A stretch of DNA of 64,000 nt from Candidatus Bathyarchaeota archaeon (GCA_963733095.1 CAVTBV010000009.1:160001-224000), one strand, 5' to 3'. Shown: positions 49,724 to 60,265, counted from the first letter of the stretch. A program made the numbers and translations. The notes: generated by a model from the sequence alone, not told the origin.

Positions 49724-50872
49724 ATGAGCATTATGTTGCCTGACGAAGATAGCATCAACAGTATTCTGAGACCGTACATTCAGCCTTGGTATGACTCAAT
49801 AGAGAACCCGCAGAAGGCGCAGGAGCATGTGCTGGCTGATTTGGTGGTGAAATACGGTGCCACAGATTATGGCACAAGCCACAACGCTTCTCAAGTCAAA
49901 GGCATATTGGATTTCCGGGCTAATTTTCCCATAATCGACTATTCAAAGATTATTCCATACCTCGTTCAGGTAAAAGAGAAAAACTACAAGACGTTTTTAT
50001 CTGAACAACCCCAAACTTGGGTTATGACCCGAGGCTCGACAGGAACATCTAAAGTCCTTCCAGCAACCCAAACACACCTAAAACAAATCTACAGTTGCGG
50101 CGCACGCGGACTCATAAACTACGCTGTACAAAAAAAGAATTATGAGGTTTTTTTGGGCGTTATTTTGAACTTGAATTTTCCCTCCAACGTCCACACTATG
50201 TGTGTCAAAGGGAAACAAGTAACTTACGGGTACAGTTCAGGTACCTATGCACGTCTTAACCCGATGTTTGACAGGGTAAGCCTTCTGCCTCGCCAAGAAG
50301 AAATCGACGCATTAGGCAGCGGCGTTAGTAGAAAAGATTGGGAAAAACGCTTTGACCTCGCCTACCAGATGGCGCTAAACCAAAACGTAACCGCCGCCAT
50401 GGGTGTAACCCCAGTAATCCTTTCTTTCGCCCGATACGTTAGACGTAAATATGGAAAAAAGCCTGTCGATATATGGAAAACCCAAGCATTATTCTGTACC
50501 AGCGTACCCAAAATCCAATTCAAGTACGGGCCAATTCTCAAACGGTACTTCGGCGATGTACCTATCGTTGAGATGTATACTGCCACAGAAGGCGTCTTTG
50601 GACAGCAATTAGACGATTACCCATACATAACCCCAAACTACGACACCTACCTCTTTGAAGTTGCCACAGGCAAAAGAGTTAAAATGTTGCATGAACTCAA
50701 ACGTGGCGAATGGGGCAGACTAATCGTTTCCACATGCATGTTCCCACGCTATGACATCGGAGACCTGATTGAAGCGGCAGGCAAAAACCATTACCGGGTA
50801 TTTGGAAGAAAGAAAACCCTAACACTTCTTGAACATAGGCTCTACCGGTCGTTTTTAGGCTGGATGCTTTAG
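49724..50872 (+). CDS. GH3-family adenylate-forming enzyme
   Basis: TRGSTGTSK P-loop, YTATEG, RYDIGD. Confidence 0.85.
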   Translation: MSIMLPDEDSINSILRPYIQPWYDSIENPQKAQEHVLADLVVKYGATDYGTSHNASQVKGILDFRANFPIIDYSKIIPYLVQVKEKNYKTFLSEQPQTWVMTRGSTGTSKVLPATQTHLKQIYSCGARGLINYAVQKKNYEVFLGVILNLNFPSNVHTMCVKGKQVTYGYSSGTYARLNPMFDRVSLLPRQEEIDALGSGVSRKDWEKRFDLAYQMALNQNVTAAMGVTPVILSFARYVRRKYGKKPVDIWKTQALFCTSVPKIQFKYGPILKRYFGDVPIVEMYTATEGVFGQQLDDYPYITPNYDTYLFEVATGKRVKMLHELKRGEWGRLIVSTCMFPRYDIGDLIEAAGKNHYRVFGRKKTLTLLEHRLYRSFLGWML

Positions 50873-51285
50873 ACTGGTTGTGGCGAGCGTCTTCGTGCAA
50901 CCATGGCAACGTAAATGGCGCCGACGATGATGATTATGCCGATTATTAGCAGCATTATCGCCCAGCTTTGTCCAGGATCCGTGAAATAGTTACTTAATTG
51001 TAGTACGGCGAACAAGCCCAGCGTGATGAGGATTAAACCACCTATCAAATAGCCGATAAAGCCCGATTCGCCCTTTTCTTGCTTTTCGGTTCTTTGAGGA
51101 TGCTCATTTTTTTCTTGCTTTTCTTGTTTCTCGTTTTTTTCTGATTTTTCGTTTCTCCCATAATAGGGTTGCGCAGGCGGTGGTGCAGGTTGACCAGCCG
51201 AAACAGCCTTCAATGATGCTCCGCAGCGAGGGCAGAAAGCCATCGTGTCTTCAACTTTATTGCCGCATTTTGGACAATACGACAT
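50869..51285 (-). CDS. Zinc-ribbon membrane protein
   Basis: YCPKCG..FCPRCG, EK repeats, 2 TM. Confidence 0.85.
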   Translation of the reverse strand: MSYCPKCGNKVEDTMAFCPRCGASLKAVSAGQPAPPPAQPYYGRNEKSEKNEKQEKQEKNEHPQRTEKQEKGESGFIGYLIGGLILITLGLFAVLQLSNYFTDPGQSWAIMLLIIGIIIIVGAIYVAMVARRRSPQPV

Positions 51286-51411
51286 GAATTCCCATCCAAT
51301 TATCCTTTATCAGGTCTTGATATTTAAAACATGCACTTCCTCCTCTAAAGAGAAAGATATATGTTCCAACTAATGCATTTTCGAATGGTGAAAAACTCTT
51401 TGAAGATTACC

Positions 51412-51894
51412 TTGAGCCTGCAGGGATTATCAGAAAAGAAACAAGAAAACCTGTTAACGGCTATTTATGTTGGGGGATTCTTCATAATTTTAGCTTTAAT
51501 TTATTCTATTAATCCTGGTCTTTGGGATAATTTGGTAAATTTTTTCTCATCTCTCACTCTTGCACCGGTTCCCGCCACAGGTATTTCCTTGCCTGCCCCT
51601 GCAAACCCAGCCAATTACACAAGCCTCTATTTGGCTGGATTTCAACTTGCCCTAGCCATAGGCATCTTAGAAATTGTAATTCTATTCCTCAGAGTTGGAT
51701 TGCATTCGTCTGTGACGCGTAAGGCTGAAACCATCGAAAACATCGTTTTCTGGCTCGGCTCAAGCTATCTGATAATCTCTTACCTGGTTAACATGACTAT
51801 TTCGAGCGAGTGGTTTGTTTTCTGGGCTGGAATAATTCTAGTCTTCGGGTTGGCTTTGGTTGCCCGGGCATTTGTGTTATTAGCTAAAAAGTAG
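51412..51894 (+). CDS. Membrane protein (paralog of 30545-31057)
   Basis: TAIYVGGFFII, PAPANPA, VFWLG; start uncertain. Confidence 0.75.
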   Translation: MSLQGLSEKKQENLLTAIYVGGFFIILALIYSINPGLWDNLVNFFSSLTLAPVPATGISLPAPANPANYTSLYLAGFQLALAIGILEIVILFLRVGLHSSVTRKAETIENIVFWLGSSYLIISYLVNMTISSEWFVFWAGIILVFGLALVARAFVLLAKK

Positions 51895-52626
51895 CTACTG
51901 TTTTTTTATTTTCAGTTTCCACCAAAGCGACATTATTTGTCTAAACATGTTCCAGGAATCTTTGAGCAAGTTAACTTTGGTGTCTCTGCCGCTTTTCCAT
52001 TCCACCGCAATCTCTTTTATCTTAAACCCTGCAAAGTGAGCTCTAACGAGGATTTCGGTGTCCCAAAACCAATGAGTCGCCTCAACATTATCGATTAAGC
52101 CCATCAAGGGTTCTCTCTTGAAAGCTTTGAAGCCACACTGGTGATCATGAAGTTCAGAGCCAAGCATATGCCTGACCAGAAAATTATATGTTTTTGAGCT
52201 TATTCCCCTGCTGAAGGTGCGTTTAGCCTTGCTTTCAGCCAGCATTCTAGATCCAGTCGAAAAATCGTAATTTTCAACCTCGATAGCTTCAACAAGAGGT
52301 TTTAGGTACTTGAGGTCTGTGGCTAAGTCTAAATCCATGTACGCTAAAACCTCGCCGTTGCTATGCTTAAATGCGTTGTTGAGCGCTGTTCCTCTTCCAA
52401 GTCGCTTTTCACGGTGAATATGCCTGACATGTGGGGTTTTTTGTGCGAGTTCTTCGGCGCGTTCAGCGGTGCCGTCGGTGCTGCCGTCTTCAGCGATTAT
52501 GACCTCGTAGGATTGGGTGAACTGGCTTAGGGTCTGGATAGTTTTCTCTACAGCTGGCTGGAGGTTGTCGACTTCGTTGTAGGCTGGAAGTACTACTGAA
52601 ATCTGGACTTGTTTTGTCGCTGCCAT
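51895..52626 (-). CDS. GT2 dolichol-phosphate glycosyltransferase
   Basis: PAYNE, EDGSTDGT, MDLD, D.QCGFK, WDTE. Confidence 0.92.
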   Translation of the reverse strand: MAATKQVQISVVLPAYNEVDNLQPAVEKTIQTLSQFTQSYEVIIAEDGSTDGTAERAEELAQKTPHVRHIHREKRLGRGTALNNAFKHSNGEVLAYMDLDLATDLKYLKPLVEAIEVENYDFSTGSRMLAESKAKRTFSRGISSKTYNFLVRHMLGSELHDHQCGFKAFKREPLMGLIDNVEATHWFWDTEILVRAHFAGFKIKEIAVEWKSGRDTKVNLLKDSWNMFRQIMSLWWKLKIKKQ

Positions 52627-54482
52627 TAAACGAACGCTCCCCAGCTTGGGAACCACCTGAGATAATTATTGATAAATGAGGTTGAAACTGAGGCGCCTGA
52701 AATTACTGGATAAAAGAGGAGAAACATCGCCACTGTAGCCGCGAATATTGCTATTGCAGCAACTTTACCCAGTCGGGTATTCCAGTACTTGTTGATAAAG
52801 TACGTTGTTGCTAGGCAAATCAGAGGTACGCTGAGGTAGTAGTGATAGATGTAGGTAGCTCTGCCGATGAATACATAGGGTAGCCAAGAGAAAGCGTATA
52901 CCACCACTATGTATATCGCTTGTACATCCCAACCTTTACCTCGAATATTGACCTGCTTGCTTACAGAGGATTTAGAAATTCGGCTCCAAAGGTTCGCTAC
53001 TAACTGTCTGCCGTGGATTGCTCTCTCGGCAAGCACAAGCATGAGCGCAAAACCAACCCACCAAACAACGGGGTTGCCCAAAACTGAAATTGTAGAAACC
53101 GTATTGTTGGGCAGGTAAGTAATGTCAAACCATCTTGGAACCGTGCCTGTGCCCACCATTAAGGGCCAAGACCACCAAGGAGAAGAAGATGGATCAACCA
53201 CTGAGCCTCCATGGAAGCTAAGCATGGCTGACTGCAAGTTAACAATCTTTGTGAACGAGTCACCCAGAAGCATGTCTGGAATATAGGTTGCGAAGTAAAT
53301 GAGCGCTACCAGACCGATGCTGGCTACCAGAAGCAGAAACGGATGGTCAAAGAAACCCACGTACTTGTCAGCTAAGCTGCCCTTTTGCTTCCAGAGGTCC
53401 CTTAAACGAACTGCCACAAGCAACGCAAGCAGTCCTAACGCGGGAAAAAGCGGGAACCCGAACTTTGTGGAAAACCCAAGTGCAAAGAAAACCACCGCCA
53501 ACATCAGCGGCCAAACCGCAGTTTTCTTCCACCCATCTTTAAGCATTTTCATAAAGTAGACTAAGAAGAACAACTGAGAAAGCAACGAGAAAAATATCAG
53601 GTAAGTATCGACTGTGCCGATTCGCGCCATGGTAAAGTGCATAAAATCGAAAGTCATCAAAAACGCTGCGGAGAACCCGCCAATCCAGGTGCCGAACAGT
53701 TTCTTACCTAAAAGGAACATAACCACAACTATTAAGGCACCAAATATGACTCCCATTATGCGCCAAGCAAACGGCGTTGCACCAAGGGCTGCTACTCCAA
53801 CCGCCTGGATAAGTTTTCCAAGGTCTGGGTGGGTTCTTTCATCAGGTATTTGGTGGTTAACAAATTGTATAGCGGATCTGGCAAAGTAAACTTCGTCAAA
53901 GTACATTTTGGACATGTATGTTGGTGGAATCTGAAGCGCACCTTGTTCATCAATCAGTTTAGAAAGCGTTGCGTCTGTGTTGTTTTCGCCTGTTATGCCT
54001 TTGATGGGGATTTGTTGGTTGTTTTGGTTTGATATGCCTATTTCGGAGATTTCTATGAAGGGTGAGGGTGTTTGGTCAGTTGGGTTGGGGACTGACCAGT
54101 AAAAGTCTGGTCTTGAATCGTAGGTTTCGGCTGTAACGTTGAACTCGAGATATTGGGTGTTTACGTTGACGGGTGTGTCTACTTGGACCATGTAGTCTGT
54201 GGCTCTGCTCTGAAGATTTTGGGCACGTACGAAACTCCAGTTTCCAGGTGAACCGGAGGACACATCGACTGAGGCGTTTCCGCTTGGAACCCAGAAATAA
54301 ACCGTCTGAACCTGCTGCGTAGAACCCAAATCAACGTAAAACCTCTGTTGTGAGGTACTCTGCCAGTTTGTAAGCGGTGCTTTGACTTCGCCAACGTTCC
54401 AAGTGGCGATGCCAAAAAAGATGATTGCTAACAGAATCATTGTTATGACGTCTTTTTTTGTGAGTCTTAATTCGAAGTTCAT
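52626..54482 (-). CDS. Protein O-mannosyltransferase-like (GT39/PMT)
   Basis: YFDEVYF, THPDLGK, WR, S.WWSWP, GNP..WW, YIYHY. Confidence 0.88.
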   Translation of the reverse strand: MNFELRLTKKDVITMILLAIIFFGIATWNVGEVKAPLTNWQSTSQQRFYVDLGSTQQVQTVYFWVPSGNASVDVSSGSPGNWSFVRAQNLQSRATDYMVQVDTPVNVNTQYLEFNVTAETYDSRPDFYWSVPNPTDQTPSPFIEISEIGISNQNNQQIPIKGITGENNTDATLSKLIDEQGALQIPPTYMSKMYFDEVYFARSAIQFVNHQIPDERTHPDLGKLIQAVGVAALGATPFAWRIMGVIFGALIVVVMFLLGKKLFGTWIGGFSAAFLMTFDFMHFTMARIGTVDTYLIFFSLLSQLFFLVYFMKMLKDGWKKTAVWPLMLAVVFFALGFSTKFGFPLFPALGLLALLVAVRLRDLWKQKGSLADKYVGFFDHPFLLLVASIGLVALIYFATYIPDMLLGDSFTKIVNLQSAMLSFHGGSVVDPSSSPWWSWPLMVGTGTVPRWFDITYLPNNTVSTISVLGNPVVWWVGFALMLVLAERAIHGRQLVANLWSRISKSSVSKQVNIRGKGWDVQAIYIVVVYAFSWLPYVFIGRATYIYHYYLSVPLICLATTYFINKYWNTRLGKVAAIAIFAATVAMFLLFYPVISGASVSTSFINNYLRWFPSWGAFV

Positions 54483-54488
54483 GTTGGC

Positions 54489-55724
54489 TCAACTCTCGCT
54501 TGAATTTGGCTTGATGGCTCCAGAGTCAGGTTCCGCTTTGAGCCATCCGTGTCCTTTTAGCTCATGCCACAACAGTATGGAAGCATAAGCAAGCATTAAT
54601 AAATTAATAGCGCTAACAGCCAAGATTACGGGGTCCCAAGGAAAATCAGAAGGATACCCAGTATTGAGCCAATTGAGAACCACAGCTTGATTGAGAAAAA
54701 GCGTTACAGTTAATGTGGCATAAATTAAGCGCGTTTTTTTAATAAGTGGAAACATTAAAGCTAACATGCTTATCGCTGGAAACATGTAGCGCTCATGAAT
54801 CCGTGTGGGCAACATAAAAAAGCAGAACAGCAGCATGAACGCTGCGAAAATCGCCAAATAATCGCCTGAAACGTGAAAACGCTTGTGCACAACATACAGC
54901 GTGAAGGCTGCTAATGCCCCAAACAAAACCCAACCTACAACATAGAGACTGCCGTCATGCACCCATGATAAACCAAGCAAACCCCACAAGTTAAAAGCAT
55001 TAACTGAACCATAGTTATAATAGGTGTAGCCAGAGGAGTAAATATTCGTTAGAAAAGAAATTGATACGCCTTCAAAGGGCAAAACAACAACAAAAACCGT
55101 TGCTGCGAATGCAAGCACAGAAAACAATAGTTTTCTCACCCCATTCTTCTTGTAAATCAACAGGACAATCAGTGGGAGCAGTGCGATACCCTGTGGTTTA
55201 GTTAAAAGCCCTATCGCAAACACAACTGCAGAGGGTACTGGTTTAGATTTCAATGCAAGCATAACTGACAGCACAAGGAAGAAGGTATAGACTGCGTCAA
55301 ATTGCCCCCAAACCGCTGCGTTATAGATTACTGCAGGGTTAAACGTGTAGAGCGCTGTGGATACAAGGGCTACTTTAAAGGATGCCTGTTTTCTAGCAAA
55401 AACGAAAATTAGCAGTGCCGTCGCTAAATCAAAAAGGTTTGGAACAACCTTAACCATCGCTGCCATGTTCAGGTTAAAAGCGTTGGCAAGTGAGCCGAAC
55501 GCCCAGAAGATGTAAACGTTAAAGGGAGGGTAATCGGCGAAGCCTGCTACGGAATAGAACGGTCTTATACCATGCTGAGAGGCAGTTGTAAACCAAGAGA
55601 TAAAATCTCCTGTGTCAGTTGGAAATCCTTGCATGGGAAACAGTAGAGCCCTGACTAAGGCGGAAATAGCAAGCACCACAGCTAAAATAACAGCTTCGCG
55701 CCTGGCAAACGAGAAGTTAACCAC
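54489..55724 (-). CDS. GT-C membrane glycosyltransferase
   Basis: DYPP, FNPA, WGQFD, KPQ, HERY; GTG start inferred. Confidence 0.85.
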   Translation of the reverse strand: MVNFSFARREAVILAVVLAISALVRALLFPMQGFPTDTGDFISWFTTASQHGIRPFYSVAGFADYPPFNVYIFWAFGSLANAFNLNMAAMVKVVPNLFDLATALLIFVFARKQASFKVALVSTALYTFNPAVIYNAAVWGQFDAVYTFFLVLSVMLALKSKPVPSAVVFAIGLLTKPQGIALLPLIVLLIYKKNGVRKLLFSVLAFAATVFVVVLPFEGVSISFLTNIYSSGYTYYNYGSVNAFNLWGLLGLSWVHDGSLYVVGWVLFGALAAFTLYVVHKRFHVSGDYLAIFAAFMLLFCFFMLPTRIHERYMFPAISMLALMFPLIKKTRLIYATLTVTLFLNQAVVLNWLNTGYPSDFPWDPVILAVSAINLLMLAYASILLWHELKGHGWLKAEPDSGAIKPNSSES

Positions 55725-56135
55725 GGTTCCCCTCTCGGAGAAATACTCACTGCCAAAGCATAAGAAGCTTTTTCCAAAATCCATCTTTAGATTATATTGA
55801 TGCCGATAGTTTGTAGAAGCCCTTATTTTTTTACCACGAGCATGAAGATTTTTGAAGTTGTTGTTGTTAAGCAATGCAGCAGCATTTCAGCCCTTCACTA
55901 CTCGGTGCCCGAAGCGCTCGCTACTAACATGAGCCAAGAACTCAATTCAAACATTCTTTAAATTAATCCCTTTCTCAATAAAAATGAGCCGCTTAAACAA
56001 ATATCATTAATTAAAATAGCTTTATTTGAGTGGGGATTCAATTTGATTTCCCACATAAAACACCCAAGGATTGGAGTTCCACTCCTGTCAAAATCATATA
56101 ACAGTAACTAATTAGATTTCGTCCCAAGTGTTTGC

Positions 56136-57797
56136 TTATTTCCAAGCCTTTTCTATATATTCACTTAACATTCTTTTAGTGTTATAATAAGAAGCCAGCG
56201 AAATAGAATTTTTTTGCATTTCTACCCATTTTTCGTGGTTACTGTAAAATGTGGGCATTACCTTTTGTTCTAATACGTTGTATAAGCCGAGAGCATTTTG
56301 AAAATCTGTTTCATGTTGGTAACCAAAAGCCCAGCCTATTTTGCCTTCTTTTGTTTTGAATTCTTCATCTATCCATCCGTCCCAAGAACTAACATTTATA
56401 ACTCCGTTTGGAAGGGCTTTCATTCCGCTAGTTCCTGAGGCTTCATTGGGCGGTCGTGGAGTATTCAATAGAACATCAACACCCGCGATCAACGTGGGGC
56501 TGATTTCCATCCCGTAGTTTTCAATAAAAATGGTTGGGATCGCTCCATTAATTATTCGGCTCTCTTCATGAATCTTTGTTATTGCCTCTTTGCCATAGCC
56601 ATCTCTCGGATGGGCTTTTCCAGCCATTAGAATTTGGATTTTTCCCGATCCAATAAGTTTAAGCCTTTCTCTCTCGGTGAAAATCAATGTTGGTCTTTTA
56701 TATTCAGCTATTCTTCTAAACCAACCTAGAGTCAGTTTGTTCCTATCCAAATCTATTCCATATTCATCTTCAATGAAGTCCAATAAAATTATCTTGTTTT
56801 CTAAGTGAGCTTTCCATACTTCGTCATTGGGTAATCTCAGGGCATCTTTTAATTTTTCTGGGTTCTCTTCCCAACCAGGAAAATGCCTATCAAATAACCC
56901 TTTAAAACTACCACTGGTCCATGTCCCAAGATGTACAGCATTGGTAATATAATCTATATTTTTATTAGGAAACATATCTCGGGCTGCTTCAGCATTTTTT
57001 TTAGAAACACCGTTCTGATAATCGCTTAAACTCATGGCAAGTTTTGTCATGTTTAAACAGTTTGCCTGTTCACCGTATTCTTTAATTTTGTCTAATGGAA
57101 AAGAATCTTTTAGAATGCGCTCAACCAATCTCATAGGAAATATTTCGTGTCCCGCGGGAACTAAAGTATGAGTTGTGAAGCTAAATTTTTTCTTTGTTTT
57201 ATCCTCATCCCAATTGTATTTATTTGCAAGTTCTAATGTTGCAAGCGCCGTATGACCTTCGTTCATGTGGTACTTTCGTATATTGTACCCTAGCTTTTCT
57301 AAAAATCTAACTCCACCGATTCCAAGGACTACTTCTTGTTTGAATCTATGGCTTTGGTGTTCGTCGTATGTAGTGGATTTGCCCTTCCAATAGCAATTCT
57401 CACTGATTTCTTTATCTTCTGTAGCATTCTCACTTAATCTAGTGTCAAGAAAATATATCAAGACTTTATTGTTATGTCCATTTTTAATGACATACTCTTC
57501 TGCACCAATTGTAACGTCTCTATCTTCAATTTTTACCTTGACCTTTTCATCCCTTTTTCTCAACACACCGAAGGGATTTGACCTTTTTAGCACTTCTTTT
57601 TGCTGGTAATTTTCAATTTTTTGTTCAAAATACCCTTTATGATGTCTTAATGACACACCCACTAACGGAAAATTTAGTTCAGCTGCACCTTTTATTGTAT
57701 CTCCCGCTAAAACACCAAGCCCTCCACAACAGGTGGGAAGGCGAGCGTTTACGCCGATTTCCATTGAAAGATAAGCGACACTATCCGTATATGACAT
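56136..57797 (-). CDS. glgP: Alpha-glucan phosphorylase (short form)
   Basis: SME, GGLGVLAGD, HMNEGH, FTTHT, YKR, AGKAHP, EASGTSGMK. Confidence 0.93.
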   Translation of the reverse strand: MSYTDSVAYLSMEIGVNARLPTCCGGLGVLAGDTIKGAAELNFPLVGVSLRHHKGYFEQKIENYQQKEVLKRSNPFGVLRKRDEKVKVKIEDRDVTIGAEEYVIKNGHNNKVLIYFLDTRLSENATEDKEISENCYWKGKSTTYDEHQSHRFKQEVVLGIGGVRFLEKLGYNIRKYHMNEGHTALATLELANKYNWDEDKTKKKFSFTTHTLVPAGHEIFPMRLVERILKDSFPLDKIKEYGEQANCLNMTKLAMSLSDYQNGVSKKNAEAARDMFPNKNIDYITNAVHLGTWTSGSFKGLFDRHFPGWEENPEKLKDALRLPNDEVWKAHLENKIILLDFIEDEYGIDLDRNKLTLGWFRRIAEYKRPTLIFTERERLKLIGSGKIQILMAGKAHPRDGYGKEAITKIHEESRIINGAIPTIFIENYGMEISPTLIAGVDVLLNTPRPPNEASGTSGMKALPNGVINVSSWDGWIDEEFKTKEGKIGWAFGYQHETDFQNALGLYNVLEQKVMPTFYSNHEKWVEMQKNSISLASYYNTKRMLSEYIEKAWK

Positions 57798-58075
57798 AGA
57801 TAGGGATGTAATTACTACAAAAATAATAAAGCTTTACACGCAAAAGCATAATCCTGTTATTTTTTGTGAACCTGAAGTTTATTCTTAGATTATAACCTCA
57901 ACAGTAAGTTTACAATACATTACTTTCTGTAACCATTACTCACCAGTTTCTTCTTTATGTGACTTGACGTAAGGTCGTTGGCGGGATTAGTAACAGAATG
58001 CTGTAACAAGTTAAGGAATTTAGTCACCACAAAAAGGGCGCAGATAAAACCCCTTCAATGAATTAGGAGCAGATT

Positions 58076-58091
58076 TGGAGCCTTCGGCGGG
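58076..58091 (-). other. tRNA 3'-end remnant (att-like)
   Basis: Reverse complement cccgccgaaggctcca = T-stem 3' side + acceptor strand + T + CCA. Confidence 0.55.
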
Positions 58092-58877
58092 TATTCTAGC
58101 TACAGAAACACAGTCTTATGCTGTGTTAAGAAGTACCATTACTTGCTTAAGGCAGATAGCAATCTTAGAGAATTAGAGCTACGCAGCAATGATGTTAAGA
58201 GTAGTATTGCTAAGTCTCTGTTGTTATTCTCAAAGTTTAACGGTTGCTACTCACAGTTTAAGGCAAGGCTATCTGAGTATGGGATAAATCTGTACAGACC
58301 TGACAGTCTGAATGCTTTTCTAAGAATACTTGGCGCCACCAACTCAAACATCTTAGAGTATTATAATGAAGTTACTCCATTGCTTAGAGATAATGAGCAG
58401 TTATTTGCAAAGTTTCTCTTGCAAAGTGGCTTGAGGGTTAGTGAGGGAATTGAGAGCTTTAACCTGATAATTCAGCTAGCACGTAACAATAAGCTATTAG
58501 ACTATTATGATGAGAACTTAAGCTGTTTAATGCACTTCAAATATCCAACGCTCTTCATCAGACACACTAAGAATGCATTTATCACCTTCATCAGCAAAGA
58601 TTTCTTGGAGCAAATAGCAGAGAGCCAGCCAGTTACTTACTTTAGCATTAGAAAGAGGTTAGAGAGAAACAAGAAGCCTTTGAGGCTCAATGAGTTTAGA
58701 GACTACTTTGGAACAACCTTAGTCAATAATGGAATCTTAGACCGAACAGAACTTAGTCTGCGGAAGAATACCAATTAGCATATTTTCAGCAGACACTATT
58801 GGAGCCCTAAGCTCAAAGAATTGGGAGAAAGAATCTTTGCTGCTACTTCTAAAATAGGCGTAACAGTAACTTGCTAA
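58092..58877 (+). pseudogene. Tyrosine integrase pseudogene
   Basis: SGLRVSE, RHTKNAF, FRDYF in frame; EQNLVCGRIP and RHYWSP lie in shifted frames; no proper start. Confidence 0.85.
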
Positions 58878-58985
58878 AACCATTCTAAGTCTTGACCATG
58901 CCAATCATTGTCCTCTGATTTTATAGGCTAAGTTACCTGTTCAAAATGCTTGATGTCTAAGACGAAAAAGTATCATAAACAGATA

Positions 58986-59015
58986 TTGAGACGTCAGACC
59001 TGATTTTAGATAGAA
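58986..59015 (+). repeat. ~30-bp direct repeat, copy 1
   Basis: ttgagacgtcagacctgattttagatagaa. Confidence 0.75.
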
Positions 59016-59039
59016 GCTTAAGTTAGAATCGAACTGCTT

Positions 59040-59378
59040 TTATTTCATAAATGAGTCTGCAGAATTAATTTGCCTTAATTCGTGCTCCAAACAATCAGTA
59101 AGAGTGGAATCTTGTTTTATAAGGATAATAATTTTCTCCTTAAACTGGAAGGTATGTGCTTCAACATTTTTGTTGTCAAAACCTGCTCCATTTTTTTCAA
59201 CTCTAGTGTTTATCATATTAGGAGTTGTCTGCAACAAATTCGCCATACGCAAAAAGTCTCTATCATCAAATGTGAAGGCATAAATTTCTGGCATTGGTTT
59301 ATCTGAAATCTTTTTCCAAACACTTTCAAGAATTCTATCAGAAACTGGATTGGTAGATGGAAGTTGAGGTAATTGCAA
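59040..59378 (-). CDS. Hypothetical protein (HExxH-like LEHEL)
   Basis: 112 aa ORF. Confidence 0.6.
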   Translation of the reverse strand: MQLPQLPSTNPVSDRILESVWKKISDKPMPEIYAFTFDDRDFLRMANLLQTTPNMINTRVEKNGAGFDNKNVEAHTFQFKEKIIILIKQDSTLTDCLEHELRQINSADSFMK

Positions 59379-59496
59379 ATTGATACCCTCGCATTTATTG
59401 CTAGAGTATGCTTATAAACCAATTGTTTAAGGTGTTACGGATCGTAACTAGTACATTAACTGGAGGTTGGAGAGATTAACAACTGCTTTCTTCCGA

Positions 59497-59787
59497 CTAG
59501 ATTTTTTCATCTATGGTAATCTGATGAATTTTGCCCAGTTTCTTCTCTATGGTTATGCCAATGTTTCTTCCAATATAAGGTGCAAAGATTTCCTCAACGG
59601 ATAAAACATCTTCTAATGGAAATGGCGGTATTGCACTTTCAGGTTTATGTGGCATGTCAAGAGCTATATATGACTTGCCATTTACGTTAAGCTCTGTAAC
59701 TTTACCGTTATAAACAATTTTTTCCCTGCTTAAACCGTTTCTATACTTTGGAGACAAAGAAAATCTAGTTCTATGCTTTGCAGACAT
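59497..59787 (-). CDS. Hypothetical protein
   Basis: 96 aa ORF with upstream TATA-like motif. Confidence 0.65.
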   Translation of the reverse strand: MSAKHRTRFSLSPKYRNGLSREKIVYNGKVTELNVNGKSYIALDMPHKPESAIPPFPLEDVLSVEEIFAPYIGRNIGITIEKKLGKIHQITIDEKI

Positions 59788-59980
59788 AATTAGCCTATTT
59801 CTATGCTGTGCAGATTTAAGACTTGTTAATTATTCAACAAAAATCCTTTCTGTTCAGTTCTTGCGCTTTTGCATCACTCTAAACTTAGACTTAGAATAGA
59901 TTCTTAGCACTATTCTATTCTACTGGAACAATCAGGTATTAACAAACTAGAGTATGATAAAAAAAGTGAAAGCGGCTATC

Positions 59981-60265
59981 TTATTTGGGAGGATGAAGAT
60001 ACATATGTAACTGAGCTTTTGAAACTTGAACTTCAACTCTATCCTTAGATGTGCTCTTAGAAGCTGGCGCAACAGCTGAAATTGCCAGAGTATTATAGAA
60101 CGATTTCTCTGCACCAAGCAACTCTTTAGTCGCTTCTTTAGTCATTTTTATTGCAAGATGAGTTATTTTCCACTCTTCTGGATCTAAAATGATATCCGTG
60201 ATAATGCCCAGTTTTAGATTTTCACAATAGACCTCTTTATAGAGCAATTCATAACGAAATTTCAT
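59981..60265 (-). CDS. PRC-barrel protein
   Basis: L..KEV....KLG.I.DI.LD...WKITHL.I. Confidence 0.75.
   Translation of the reverse strand: MKFRYELLYKEVYCENLKLGIITDIILDPEEWKITHLAIKMTKEATKELLGAEKSFYNTLAISAVAPASKSTSKDRVEVQVSKAQLHMYLHPPK

Noticed and set aside
51060-51160. Repetitive T-rich tract
   Set aside because: Encodes the EK/NEK low-complexity linker of the zinc-ribbon membrane protein
58050-58130. Complete tRNA gene
   Set aside because: Only 16 nt of the 3' end match; T-loop and the rest are absent
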